This document shows, piece by piece, positions 47,524 through 57,437 of a DNA stretch of 64,000 bases. Where the stretch lies: NCBI GenBank assembly GCA_965226495.1, contig OZ245365.1:3616001-3680000 (forward strand), written 5' to 3'. This stretch comes from Candidatus Marinacidobacterales bacterium (lineage in GTDB: Bacteria > Acidobacteriota > Vicinamibacteria > Marinacidobacterales > DATDRI01). The translations under genes and the position numbers were made by a program. Every line of letters begins with the position of its first letter. Within the stretch, counting starts at the first letter, position 1. The notes beneath the pieces were generated by a model, which was not told the DNA's origin, did no database searches, and saw only the letters and a list, made by a program, of their open reading frames with translations.

Positions 47524-49755
47524 CTACCTCCGGCGCCCGCCACTCCCAGCGCGGCGCCCCGGCCCATTCCTATCCCGCGAACCGCCTCTTCCTTCACGGG
47601 CCTCCCCGGACCCTCTGGACTCCTGTAGCCGCTCGCCCGGTGGCGAACCATCGGGTGATTCGCCGGCCTGTTCTTTGAGAACGGCCTTGCGCGAAAGCTT
47701 CACTTTGCCTTGGGGATCGATGTTGATGACCTTGACCAGCACCTGGTCGCCTTCGGCCAGCTCCTTATGGATGTCCGCCACACGGTAGTCGGCAACCTCC
47801 GAGATATGAAGGAGCCCATCGGTGCCGGGTAGGATTTCCACGAACGCTCCAAAGTCGACGATTCTCTGAACCTTGCCGAGGTACGTCTTCCCCATCTCCG
47901 CGATTGCGGTGAGCTCTTCGATGATTTGCATCGCCTTTCGCGCCGATTCCTCATCAGAGGATGCGATAGCAACCGTACCATCGTCTTCGACGTCGATCTT
48001 CACCTGCGTCCTCTCCACGATGCTGCGGATCATTTTACCGCCGGGACCGATGACGTCCCGGATTTTCGCGGTCGGTATCCGCATCGTGAAGATCCGCGGT
48101 GCGTAGCGGGAAATGTCCTCGCGCGGTTTGGCAATCGTCTCCGCCATCTTCTCCAAGATGAAAAGCCGAGCCTGTCGCGCCTGCTCCAGAGCTTCTGCCA
48201 TGATGGCGGCCGTAATGCCGGAGACCTTGATATCCATCTGTAGCGCCGTGAGTCCGTTCGTCGTACCGGCGACCTTGAAATCCATATCGCCATAGTGATC
48301 CTCGGCCCCCGCGATGTCGGTCAAGATGGCGTAATCGTCTCCCTCCATGACCAAGCCCATCGCGATTCCCGCAACCGCGGATCGCACCGGAACCCCAGCG
48401 TCCATCAAAGCGAGGCACCCGCCGGTGACACTCGCCATGGAGGAGGATCCATTCGATTCCAAGATGTCGGACACGATTCGAATCGTGTAGGGGAAGTCCT
48501 CGGCGGAAGGAAGGACCGGCGACAACGCTCGCTCGGCGAGCGCGCCGTGGCCTATTTCGCGGCGCCCCGGCCCCCTCAAGAACTTGACCTCTCCTACTGA
48601 AAACGGAGGGAAGTTGTAGTGAAGCATGAACCGTTTTTGCGAAACGCCTTCCACTAAGTCGACCTTCTGAATATCGGAGGATGTACCCAGCGTCGCAGTC
48701 ACCAAGGCTTGCGTCTCACCCCGGGTAAACAAGGACGAGCCGTGGGTGCGAGGCAGCACGCCGACCTCGCTAGTGATGGTCCTGATCTCGTCAAAGCGAC
48801 GGCCGTCCAGCCGCTTCTTGTTCTGAAGGACTTCCGACCGTAGCAGCTTTTCCTGCAGATCCTTGAAGGCGCTCGCCGCCCCCTGTCGCTCTTCGGATTC
48901 TTCGGGGAACCCTTCGATCAGCCGCTCCTTCACTTCACCGACCTTCTTCTGACTCTCGAGTTTGCCCGAAAAGCACATCGCCTCTAGCAGAGGAGCGGCA
49001 GCGGCCTCCTCGACCTTGCGATAGAGCTCTTCGTTTCGGGTCGTGGGCTCGACCACGCGCTTGGTCGGTTGAATGGCGCGATAGAGCTCTTCCTGCATAT
49101 CGATCAGTTTCCGAATCTCATCGTGAGCGACACCAAGCGCCTCGATCATCTTCGCTTCCGGAACTTCGTCTGCGCCGGCCTCTACCATGACGATGGCTTC
49201 CCGGGAGCCAGCGACCGTCACATTCAACTTGGACGACGTCAGCTGCTCGATCTTCGGGTTGACGACCAATTCGCCATCCAGGAGACCGACGCGTACCGCA
49301 GCAATGGGGGTCGTGAACGGAATTTCGGAGCAGTACAGCGCCGCCGAAGCGCCCGTGATCGCCAGTGTGTCCGAGTCGTTCTCTGCGTCCGCCGACAAGA
49401 CCATCGCCACCACTTGGGTCTCGCAGTGCCAGCCCTCGGGAAACAGGGGGCGAATGGGCCGGTCAATGAGCCGGCAGGTCAGTATCTCTTTCTCGTTGGG
49501 GCGTCCCTCTCGCTTGAAGAAGCCGCCCGGGATCTTCCCTGCTGCCGAGAAACTCTCTCGGTAATCCACGGTCAGCGGCAGGAAATCAATTCCTTCTCTT
49601 CCTGTCTGCTGAGCGCAGGCAGTTACCAGGACTGCGGTATCTCCAAGCCGTACGAATGCGGCTCCGTCTGCTTGTTTGGCGACCTTCCCCATCTCAATGG
49701 AGTACGTCGCGCCCCCAAGCTCTATTTCTTTTCGATGAACCATCTCTACCTCCAA
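47524..49755 (-). CDS. pnp: Polyribonucleotide nucleotidyltransferase
   Basis: FLPLTVDY, RRE.GHG, SNGSSSMAS, GDMDFKVAG, KH and S1 domains. Confidence 0.98.
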   Translation of the reverse strand: MEVEMVHRKEIELGGATYSIEMGKVAKQADGAAFVRLGDTAVLVTACAQQTGREGIDFLPLTVDYRESFSAAGKIPGGFFKREGRPNEKEILTCRLIDRPIRPLFPEGWHCETQVVAMVLSADAENDSDTLAITGASAALYCSEIPFTTPIAAVRVGLLDGELVVNPKIEQLTSSKLNVTVAGSREAIVMVEAGADEVPEAKMIEALGVAHDEIRKLIDMQEELYRAIQPTKRVVEPTTRNEELYRKVEEAAAAPLLEAMCFSGKLESQKKVGEVKERLIEGFPEESEERQGAASAFKDLQEKLLRSEVLQNKKRLDGRRFDEIRTITSEVGVLPRTHGSSLFTRGETQALVTATLGTSSDIQKVDLVEGVSQKRFMLHYNFPPFSVGEVKFLRGPGRREIGHGALAERALSPVLPSAEDFPYTIRIVSDILESNGSSSMASVTGGCLALMDAGVPVRSAVAGIAMGLVMEGDDYAILTDIAGAEDHYGDMDFKVAGTTNGLTALQMDIKVSGITAAIMAEALEQARQARLFILEKMAETIAKPREDISRYAPRIFTMRIPTAKIRDVIGPGGKMIRSIVERTQVKIDVEDDGTVAIASSDEESARKAMQIIEELTAIAEMGKTYLGKVQRIVDFGAFVEILPGTDGLLHISEVADYRVADIHKELAEGDQVLVKVINIDPQGKVKLSRKAVLKEQAGESPDGSPPGERLQESRGSGEAREGRGGSRDRNGPGRRAGSGGRRR

Positions 49756-49998
49756 TAACCAACCGAAAGACCGGAGTCTACCGAGCCTTTCATTGTCCTA
49801 TGCAAAATATGTGTAGGAGAACGAACCGCGACCCTTGTCGGAGCGGCGTTTCCCGAATCTCTTGTGATGCCAATAGCCCAAAAATCAGGTGTTCAAAAAG
49901 ACAGAAGGGGATACGAATCTCAGCTCAACTGTTGCTGAAGGAGGGAGAGCTTGAAGGGGCCTGCGGCGAATTTCGACAATGGCGACAATCGGGGCCAG

Positions 49999-50016
49999 GT
50001 GCCCCCTCGGGGGCAC
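49999..50016 (-). terminator. GC hairpin just after rpsO (no U tract; terminator or processing stem)
   Basis: GTGCCCCC-TC-GGGGGCAC. Confidence 0.4.
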
Positions 50017-50286
50017 TCACTTGCGAATTCCAAGCTGCTTGATGACTCCACGGTACCGCTGGACGTCTTTTCGCTTCAGGTAATCCAGGAGGCGGCGACG
50101 CTGACCAACTAACTTCAGCAGTCCTCGGCGAGAGTGATGATCCTTCTGGTGTACCTTGAAGTGATCCGTAAGGTAGCCGATCCGCCCGCTCAGGAGGGCG
50201 ATTTGAACCTCGGGTGAACCGGTGTCAGTCGAGTGCTGCCGGTACTCTCCGATAATATTGGTCTTCCCCTCTTGGGAGAGTGTCAA
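50017..50286 (-). CDS. rpsO: 30S ribosomal protein S15
   Basis: [27 protein letters not shown]. Confidence 0.98.
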   Translation of the reverse strand: MTLSQEGKTNIIGEYRQHSTDTGSPEVQIALLSGRIGYLTDHFKVHQKDHHSRRGLLKLVGQRRRLLDYLKRKDVQRYRGVIKQLGIRK

Positions 50287-50333
50287 ATGAGGTTCCTCCC
50301 CACTTCTTCCTTAACTTTCATCTATCGGCGGAA

Positions 50334-50362
50334 ATCATAGCACAGTGGATATACCCTGTAAA
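50334..50362 (-). promoter_or_regulatory. sigma70 promoter of rpsO
   Basis: TTTACA-17 bp-TATGAT with extended TG. Confidence 0.65.
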
Positions 50363-50395
50363 GAACGTCGAGACGGTAAAAAACGTCAAATTCGT

Positions 50396-51304
50396 CTAGC
50401 TCGGGGTCGCAAGGACAACCAGTGGCCGGAACTGGGACAATTCCTCCGCCGCGACTCCGACCGCGAGGAGCTCCCCTTGAGGGCCCAAGAGCCGGCAAGC
50501 CTGCCCTGCGGAAACGTCGGGAACTAGGCCCTCGACGTCGGATGGGGTTATTGCCCGGCCGTGACTCACGCGTGACGCCGCCTGGCTTCCCAATCGAAGC
50601 GCTGGAAGATTAGAAAGGGCTTCGGCTGGATCCAAAACCGCTCTTTCCATCTCCCCCTCTCGCGCCAGGGATTCCAGTTTGGGAAGCGTCCAAGCTTGCT
50701 CCACCCGAAAAGGGCCAACTCGCGTGCGCCGAAGCTCCACCAGATGTGCCCCCAAGCCCAAACGGTTCCCGAGATCATGCGCCAGAGAGCGGATATAGGT
50801 CCCGGCCCCGACCTCGGCCTCCAACGTGACCCGATCGCCTTCCATTGCTACGAGCCGGATAGCATGGATCACGACTTTGACCGGGCGAGCCGGCGCCGGT
50901 CGACCGGCCCTCGCCAATTGATACATCCTTTGGCCGTTGATCTTCTTCGCCGCAAAAGCTGGCGGCACTTGATCTTGGTCTCCGAGGAACTCGGTGAGTG
51001 TCGACTCCAAGACCCCGCGGTCCAAGCTTACGTCCACTGCGGGACCCAGCGGTTGTCCCGTAAGATCATAGGTGTCGGTGGCGAAACCGAACCGCAGCAC
51101 GGCAACGTACGTCTTCGCGGTGTCGGAAACAAAGCGGGCTAGTCGCGTGGCGCGCCCTAGGCACAGCGGCAGCAAACCCGTCGCGAAGGGATCGAGTGTT
51201 CCGGTGTGACCACAACGTCTTTGAGCGGCGAGGCGCCGGACCGACTGCACCACGTCATGGGACGTGGGCCCTTTAGGCTTGTCTACGAGAATGATGCCAT
51301 TCAT
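50396..51304 (-). CDS. truB: tRNA pseudouridine(55) synthase
   Basis: DKP.G.TSHDVV, GHTGTLDP.ATG, GTYIRSLA. Confidence 0.96.
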   Translation of the reverse strand: MNGIILVDKPKGPTSHDVVQSVRRLAAQRRCGHTGTLDPFATGLLPLCLGRATRLARFVSDTAKTYVAVLRFGFATDTYDLTGQPLGPAVDVSLDRGVLESTLTEFLGDQDQVPPAFAAKKINGQRMYQLARAGRPAPARPVKVVIHAIRLVAMEGDRVTLEAEVGAGTYIRSLAHDLGNRLGLGAHLVELRRTRVGPFRVEQAWTLPKLESLAREGEMERAVLDPAEALSNLPALRLGSQAASRVSHGRAITPSDVEGLVPDVSAGQACRLLGPQGELLAVGVAAEELSQFRPLVVLATPS

Positions 51305-51762
51305 TTGGCGTCCTCGGATTCTTCTTCCGGGTTGTCAGGCCTATCAGGGTTGTCAGGGTTGTCAGGATTGTCAGCCTTAACAGGCTCATCAGGGAAATCG
51401 TCCGGTGTGTTCCCACGGGTTTCCTCGATGAGCTTCTCCAGTCGTATCCCGTACTCAACGGAGGGATCGAACGTGAAACGCAGCTCGGGCGAGACTCGGA
51501 GACCAAGTCGCTGCCCGAGAAGCCGACGCACAAAACCTGAAGCTCCGTCCAGAGCGGCCATCGCCCGCTTTTGCTCTTCCGGGGTCCCCAAGACGCTCAC
51601 GTATATCTTGGCCACTTTCAGATCTCCAGACACTTGCACTCGCGTGCAGGTTGCCAAACCGACGCGGGGGTCTTTGAGATCACGTTGCATGATCCCCGCG
51701 AACTCCATGCGGATCTGCTCGGCTACTCTCTCTGGTCGGATGCGGGCGCCACTTCTTGGCAC
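51301..51762 (-). CDS. rbfA: Ribosome-binding factor A
   Basis: GTG start after GGGAG; KDPR, VSGDLKVAKIYVS, LR.SPELRF.FD. Confidence 0.94.
   Translation of the reverse strand: MPRSGARIRPERVAEQIRMEFAGIMQRDLKDPRVGLATCTRVQVSGDLKVAKIYVSVLGTPEEQKRAMAALDGASGFVRRLLGQRLGLRVSPELRFTFDPSVEYGIRLEKLIEETRGNTPDDFPDEPVKADNPDNPDNPDRPDNPEEESEDAK
51331..51393. repeat. 9-bp-period tandem repeat encoding the (PDN)n acidic tail of RbfA
   Basis: GTTGTCAGG x3 exact plus 4 degenerate units. Confidence 0.85.
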
Positions 51763-51850
51763 GGCTGGTCTCCCACTAGTAGGCTGTACCAACGAAGTTG
51801 GTACCACCTCTTTTACCTCTCCCCCGAAAGCGGGCGGTTGAGGAGGGTAT

Positions 51851-51908
51851 TGAACGATGGCTTCCTCCAGTTACTCCCTCTCCCTCAGGGAGAGGACCGG
51901 GGTGAGCG
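51851..51908 (+). repeat. Modular repeat family 1, copy E (empty REP-like backbone)
   Basis: TGGCTTCCTCCAGTTACTCCCTCTCCCTCAGGGAGAGGACCGGGGTGAGCG; a more degenerate backbone-like copy precedes it at about 51811-51848. Confidence 0.8.
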
Positions 51909-51991
51909 TGGTTTTGGATAGGAGCGAAGAAGTCCAGTCTCGATTTCATTGTTACGGGTCCACTATTGCATCTTGGGCTACGATCGGCCGC

Positions 51992-52324
51992 TCAGTCGAT
52001 AAGCTCGATCGCGATGTCCACCAACTCGGACGGGTACCGGTCTTCGACGTCGTGGGCCATCGATTCGAGAAGTGATTGGAGATAACGTCGGTCCGAGCTA
52101 ACCGATACCACAGACACCACTGCTCTCTGCCATAGCTCCTGGTAGCCCGTCTCCGCAACCGCGGCGTTGAAACGTGCCCGCAGGCGGTCCTTGATCCCCT
52201 TGACCACCATACGCTTTTCCTTCAAGGAGCGTGAGTGCGGAAAATGAAGCTCGATGGTCAGGAGCCCGAGGAGGGGCTCTCCTTTTTCGAGACCGCGACT
52301 CTTGCTCTTCGGGCGGCGGGACAC
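51992..52324 (-). CDS. DUF503 (YlxP-like) protein
   Basis: SLKEKR.VV..IKDRLR.RFN.AVAE...Q..WQR; lies between infB and rbfA. Confidence 0.9.
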   Translation of the reverse strand: MSRRPKSKSRGLEKGEPLLGLLTIELHFPHSRSLKEKRMVVKGIKDRLRARFNAAVAETGYQELWQRAVVSVVSVSSDRRYLQSLLESMAHDVEDRYPSELVDIAIELID

Positions 52325-52433
52325 CGGTCAACTAGTACCGTTGCAACTGGTTGAGCCTAACGGTGAAGTCGCTCATTACACCTCCGCAGCCACGGTGGGT
52401 ACGGAATTCTAGGTCCAAACAGTTGGAACGGCA

Positions 52434-55178
52434 CTAGACCGAAGCGGCCTGAACCTTTTCGAGCCCGTAGACCTCGATCACGTCACTAATCTTGATGTCG
52501 TTGAAACCCGCAATGCCGATACCACACTCGAAGCCTTGCTTGACTTCTGACGCGTCGTCCTTGAAGCGCCTCAAGCTCCCGACCTTGCCTTCGTAGATGA
52601 TAACGTTGTCCCGAAGGAGGCGAACATCTCCGGAGCGGGTCACTTTGCCCTCGGTAACGTAGCAGCCTGCGATGGTGCCAACCTTGGGAACCTTGAACGT
52701 GTTACGGACTTCCGCGCGGCCCACGGTGATTTCCTTGAAGGTAGGCTCGAGAAGTCCTGCCAAGGCCTTCTTGATTTCATCGGTGACGTTGTAAATGACG
52801 GTGTGGAGGCGGACGTCGATCTTCTCCTTCTCCGCCAATTGTTCCGCAGTCCTTTGTGGTCTTACATTGAAGCCGATAATGATCGCGTTAGAGACCGAGG
52901 CCAAGTGTACGTCGGCCTCGGTAACGGCGCCGGCTCCGGCACGGATGATCTTCACCTTCACTTTGTCGCCGGAAAGCTTTTTCAGAGTGTCGGACAAAAC
53001 TTCCACCGAGCCCTGCACGTCGGCCTTAAGAACGATGGGCAGTTCCTTGATGGTCCCCTCCTCCACCTGTTGGTGGAGCTGATCCAAGGTCAATCGGGAA
53101 CTGCCAACCTGCTGGCGCTCTTTCAGTTTCAGCTGCCGGAACTCGCCGATTTGCCTAGCCTTGGTGCTGTCGAGGATCACCTGGAACTGGTCCCCGGCCT
53201 GGGGCAACGACGTAAGTCCCAAGATCTCGACCGGCGTCGCGGGCTCGACTTTTTTCACTTTGCGTCCCCGATCATCGATCATGGCCCGGATCTTCCCGTG
53301 CACGGCGCCGGCAATGCACGAATCTCCGACCCGAGCGGTCCCGTTCTGAACCAGCACATGTGCGACAGGGCCCTTGCCTTTGTCGATCTTGGCTTCCAAC
53401 ACCGTACCCATTGCCGCGCGCTTAGGATTCGCCTTGAGCTCCTGAATGTCCGCGACCAGCAGAACCATCTCCAACATCAGGTCTAGCCCTTGCCGTTGTT
53501 TCGCAGAGACTTCGACGAAGACCGTGGTACCGCCCCAGTCTTCGGGCAAGAAACCGAGATCTGCTAGTTGCTTCTTGACACGCTCGCTATTGGCCTCCGG
53601 CTTGTCGATCTTATTGACCACTACCATCAGCGGAACCCCCGCCGCCTTGGCGTGGTCGATGGCCTCTAGGGTTTGGGGCATGACGCCGTCGTCGGCGGCG
53701 ACCACCAGGATCACTAAGTCGGTAACGCTGGCACCGCGGGCACGCATCATCGTAAAAGCCTCGTGGCCGGGGGTGTCCAAGAACACGATGTCACGCCCGT
53801 TCACAGCGACCTTGTAGGCACCTATGTGTTGGGTGATGCCCCCCGCTTCTTTCTCCACCACCTTGGTTTCCCGAATGGCGTCGAGAAGACTCGTCTTTCC
53901 GTGATCGACGTGACCCATTACCGTCACCACCGGCGCACGCGCGGCTAGATCTTCCGGTTTTTCCTCGACAATCTCGTCTCGGGAAACATCTTCCTCGAAA
54001 GACAGTATTTCGGCTTCGGCTCCGAACTCGTGCGCCACTTCGACCGCGAGATCGGTATCCAGGGTTTGGTTGATGGTGGCGAGCATTCCGCGGTTCATCA
54101 GAAACTTGATAAGGTCTTTGTGCTTGACCTCCATCTTCTCCGCCAGCTCTTTCACGGTGACGCCTTCGGTCAAGGTGATCTTCCGAAAAACCTTGGGAGG
54201 AGCCGGCTTGGCGACTTCTTTAGGTTCCGGGATCGCTTGTTCTTTGACCTCCGCCGCGGCAACGCGCGCCCTTCGTTGAGATTCCTTGGTGCGCGGTTTG
54301 GCATCCGGGCGCCGCCGGTGAATGGTCTTGATCGGTGCCGCCGGTCGTGGCGGAGGTGGGATCGGCTTCATCGCGCCCCCCCGCGTCTGGACGGGCAGCC
54401 GGGGCCGGATCACGGTCGACGTCGGACCGGGAACAAACGCTTGGGTCCCACGGACCCCTTGCCCACGCGCCATCGATGGAGCACTCGCCGCGGAGCCCGC
54501 CGCTAGGGCCGTAGGTGGCGCTGGTGGTAGGGGGGGCGTCCTGGTGACGCGCGGAGTCGGTGCGGAGGTTTCCGTAGGTTCGGCTCCGGGTTCGACGGGC
54601 GGCGCTTCGGTCGCAACGGCCGGCTCCCCCTCTGCGGCGTCGACTTCATCACCCCTTGCAGCCGGCGTAGCCGATACGCCCTCGACCAATCCCAAATCGA
54701 CTCGGGCCCGCGCCTCCACTTCGAGCTGAAGGGCCTCCTGCTCTTCGAGCAACGCAGCCACCTTGGCTGCTTCTTCGCGGGCGGCTTGTTCGGCGGCTAT
54801 TCTCTCGGCCTCTTCACGTTCTCGGGCGGCTCGTTCCGCGGCCTGTTTTCGCCTCTCTTCGGCCCGCTCTTCTTCTTCGAACTCTGCGAGAAGCGCCCTG
54901 CGGGCTCGTTCTGCACGTGCCTTGCTCGTACTCCGCGCTTGCTCTTCCGTGGACTGAGCATGCTCGGCAACGTTCGCCTTCACTTTCGCGTTGGCCGGTC
55001 CGATGGCACCGGCCCCTTCGAGGCGAATGAGCCTTTTGAGCTTGATGGCGATCTCTTCTTCTATGGTGCTGGAGGCAGACTTGACCCTGATCTGGAGCTT
55101 GTCCTTGAGAAGCTGGATGGTCCGCGGACTGGTGATACCGATGTCGCGAGCCAGTTCGTAAACCCTGACCTTATCCAT
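52434..55178 (-). CDS. infB: Translation initiation factor IF-2
   Basis: [24 protein letters not shown]. Confidence 0.98.
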   Translation of the reverse strand: MDKVRVYELARDIGITSPRTIQLLKDKLQIRVKSASSTIEEEIAIKLKRLIRLEGAGAIGPANAKVKANVAEHAQSTEEQARSTSKARAERARRALLAEFEEEERAEERRKQAAERAAREREEAERIAAEQAAREEAAKVAALLEEQEALQLEVEARARVDLGLVEGVSATPAARGDEVDAAEGEPAVATEAPPVEPGAEPTETSAPTPRVTRTPPLPPAPPTALAAGSAASAPSMARGQGVRGTQAFVPGPTSTVIRPRLPVQTRGGAMKPIPPPPRPAAPIKTIHRRRPDAKPRTKESQRRARVAAAEVKEQAIPEPKEVAKPAPPKVFRKITLTEGVTVKELAEKMEVKHKDLIKFLMNRGMLATINQTLDTDLAVEVAHEFGAEAEILSFEEDVSRDEIVEEKPEDLAARAPVVTVMGHVDHGKTSLLDAIRETKVVEKEAGGITQHIGAYKVAVNGRDIVFLDTPGHEAFTMMRARGASVTDLVILVVAADDGVMPQTLEAIDHAKAAGVPLMVVVNKIDKPEANSERVKKQLADLGFLPEDWGGTTVFVEVSAKQRQGLDLMLEMVLLVADIQELKANPKRAAMGTVLEAKIDKGKGPVAHVLVQNGTARVGDSCIAGAVHGKIRAMIDDRGRKVKKVEPATPVEILGLTSLPQAGDQFQVILDSTKARQIGEFRQLKLKERQQVGSSRLTLDQLHQQVEEGTIKELPIVLKADVQGSVEVLSDTLKKLSGDKVKVKIIRAGAGAVTEADVHLASVSNAIIIGFNVRPQRTAEQLAEKEKIDVRLHTVIYNVTDEIKKALAGLLEPTFKEITVGRAEVRNTFKVPKVGTIAGCYVTEGKVTRSGDVRLLRDNVIIYEGKVGSLRRFKDDASEVKQGFECGIGIAGFNDIKISDVIEVYGLEKVQAASV

Positions 55179-56629
55179 CAGCGCTCACCTCCCGAACCTT
55201 CCGATTCTGGCTCGCCAACGCTCGATTGACGATCGTGCGCGATCTTCCCCATCTGTGCCGCTTCGGTGGCCTCCACTAAAGCCGGCTCTTCGACCGCTGC
55301 CTCCTCCTCCTCAACTTCCTTGGCTTCCTTGGCTTCCTTTTCAGGGGGCCCTTCGGCAAGCGGCGGCGAACTGGCCATGTAGTCCCTAGCGGCAGCAACG
55401 ATTTTCTCCGCGGTCTTGGCGCCAATGCCCGGAATCCCGGTCAAAGAATCGGGTTCGAGCGATGCCACCTCCTCCACCGTGCCGAAACCTTGCTCCGCCA
55501 GCCTCTCTAACGTTTTCTCGCCCAGGCCGCTCAAGACGCTGAGCGGCATCTGCGTCGTAGTGGCCATGGCGTCCATCTGGCTTTGCACTTCCAATTTCTT
55601 TTCTTCCTCACTCTTGATATCGATCCGCCAGCCGATGAGTCTGGCAGCCAAGCGGACGTTCTGTCCTTTTTTTCCGATCGCCAACGAGAGCTGCCTGTCC
55701 TCGACGATAACCTCCATAACCTTTTCTCTTTCATCGACAACAGACACGCGGCTCACCTTAGCAGGGTTGAGGGCGTTGATCGCGAACGTGTGAGGGTCTG
55801 CGTTCCACTCTACGATATCTATTTTTTCCCCTCTCAGCTCGCGGATGATGTTCTGAACCCGCGAACCCTTGATACCGACGCAGGCTCCCACGGGATCCAC
55901 GTCTTTGTCGTTTGAATAAACCGCGACCTTGGCGCGGTCCCCAGGCTCCCGCACCGCGTTTTTTACCACCACAGTTCCTTCGTAGATCTCGGGAACTTCC
56001 ATTTCGAACAACCTGGTCAACAGAGCAGGGTCGGTTCGGGACACAACGACCTGCGGCCCACGCGAAGTTCGCAGTACCCGAACGATGGCGACCCGAATAC
56101 GCTCTCCGGCGTTGAATACCTCGGCTCGCGACTGCTCTCTTCGGGGCAAGACCGCCTCGGTGCGTCCCAGGTCGACCACCAGGTCGCCGTTTTCTGCCCG
56201 TTTGACGATTCCCGTCAGGAGTTGCGCAATGCGGTCGCCGAACTCGCTGAAAATGTTGTCCCGCTCCGCCTCGCGTACCTTCTGAAAGATCACCTGCTTC
56301 GCGGTCTGGGCTGCAATGCGCCCAAGAGCGGCGGTGGGCTTGTGTACTTCTACCTCTTCCCCGAGTTTCGCATCGGGTTGAGCGCGCGTTGCTTCCCTCA
56401 AGGCGACCTCAGTCTCCGGTGTGATCACCGCATCCACGACGGTCTTGAGGGTGAAAACCTCTATGTTCCCGGTTTCGCGGTTCAGCCGAGCGCGGAGATC
56501 TTCTTCGGTCCGGTAGTACTTCTTGGTAGCGGTAACGATGGCGTCCTCAACGGCACCGATGATCACATCCGGATCGATACCCTTCTCCCGACTGATCTGC
56601 TCGATCGTCTGATATAGAAGACTACTCAT
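55178..56629 (-). CDS. nusA: Transcription termination/antitermination factor NusA
   Basis: GRIAAQTAKQVI, S1 and KH domains, AIGKKGQNVRLA, C-terminal HhH. Confidence 0.97.
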   Translation of the reverse strand: MSSLLYQTIEQISREKGIDPDVIIGAVEDAIVTATKKYYRTEEDLRARLNRETGNIEVFTLKTVVDAVITPETEVALREATRAQPDAKLGEEVEVHKPTAALGRIAAQTAKQVIFQKVREAERDNIFSEFGDRIAQLLTGIVKRAENGDLVVDLGRTEAVLPRREQSRAEVFNAGERIRVAIVRVLRTSRGPQVVVSRTDPALLTRLFEMEVPEIYEGTVVVKNAVREPGDRAKVAVYSNDKDVDPVGACVGIKGSRVQNIIRELRGEKIDIVEWNADPHTFAINALNPAKVSRVSVVDEREKVMEVIVEDRQLSLAIGKKGQNVRLAARLIGWRIDIKSEEEKKLEVQSQMDAMATTTQMPLSVLSGLGEKTLERLAEQGFGTVEEVASLEPDSLTGIPGIGAKTAEKIVAAARDYMASSPPLAEGPPEKEAKEAKEVEEEEAAVEEPALVEATEAAQMGKIAHDRQSSVGEPESEGSGGER

Positions 56630-57125
56630 TGTCTTTTTTCGTAAGCTGACGCTGCCCCGGCAGGAAAGGCTCTACCTCCAACCGCGCGCTCTCGACGATC
56701 GGCAGCGGAATGCTCTTCCGTTCACCACTTTGTTCCAAAAGCACTGACTCTCCCGTGACTCCGGCGAGTCTTCCCCGGAATCGATTCGTCCCATCGAGCT
56801 GCTCTCGGGTCTTGATCTTCGCCAACCTTCCGGTGAAGCGCTCGAAGTCTTTCATGTTCCAGATCGGTCGATCTAGTCCCGGTGTACTGACCTCAAGCGT
56901 GTAGCTCGACTCAATGGGATCTTCCACGTCCAGCAGCACACTCAGACGTTCGTTAACTTGTACGCAGTCTTCGAGCCCCACACCTTCCTCACGGTCGATA
57001 AATACTCTAAAGACCCCGGAACCACCGGCTTGTTTGAACTCGACCCAAGCTACCTCGATGCCGAGTGGCTTCGCGGCCCGTTGGGCCACCTCTCGCAGTT
57101 TGGGAAGAAGGCTATCCGTGTCCAT
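56622..57125 (-). CDS. rimP: Ribosome maturation factor RimP
   Basis: RVFID...V.LEDC, YTLEVSTPGLDRP. Confidence 0.95.
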   Translation of the reverse strand: MDTDSLLPKLREVAQRAAKPLGIEVAWVEFKQAGGSGVFRVFIDREEGVGLEDCVQVNERLSVLLDVEDPIESSYTLEVSTPGLDRPIWNMKDFERFTGRLAKIKTREQLDGTNRFRGRLAGVTGESVLLEQSGERKSIPLPIVESARLEVEPFLPGQRQLTKKDNE

Positions 57126-57166
57126 GTCATCTAGCTTCGTCGGCTTCCGTTAGTGTCGGGGCCTCA

Positions 57167-57249
57167 CTCCTCCATCAATGGCGCGGCGCCCCACCCCCAG
57201 GCCACGCGCTTCGTCGGCAAGCGACTGCGAGCGAGCTGAGGGCTCGCTG
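57167..57249 (-). repeat. Hairpin repeat family 2, copy 2
   Basis: Aligns with 22211-22290. Confidence 0.75.
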
Positions 57250-57364
57250 GCCCTGCGGCTCGTTACTGCGGCCGGGCGCAGTACAAGTGCCGAAATCACC
57301 CTCCTAATCGCTCTGGCTGTACCATCGGGAGCCGCCCGAAAGGTCATTCAGGCGGTTAACCCAT

Positions 57365-57390
57365 AAAAAAAGTGGGCAAATGCCCACTTC
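57365..57390 (-). promoter_or_regulatory. rimP leader terminator hairpin
   Basis: AAGTGGGCA-TT-TGCCCACTT followed by a T run, upstream of rimP. Candidate promoter TTGATC-18-TATAGT at 57412-57441. Confidence 0.8.
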
Positions 57391-57437
57391 CTGGACTCTC
57401 GACTGGCTACAACTATAGTCCAACCGGGCTGGTCAGA

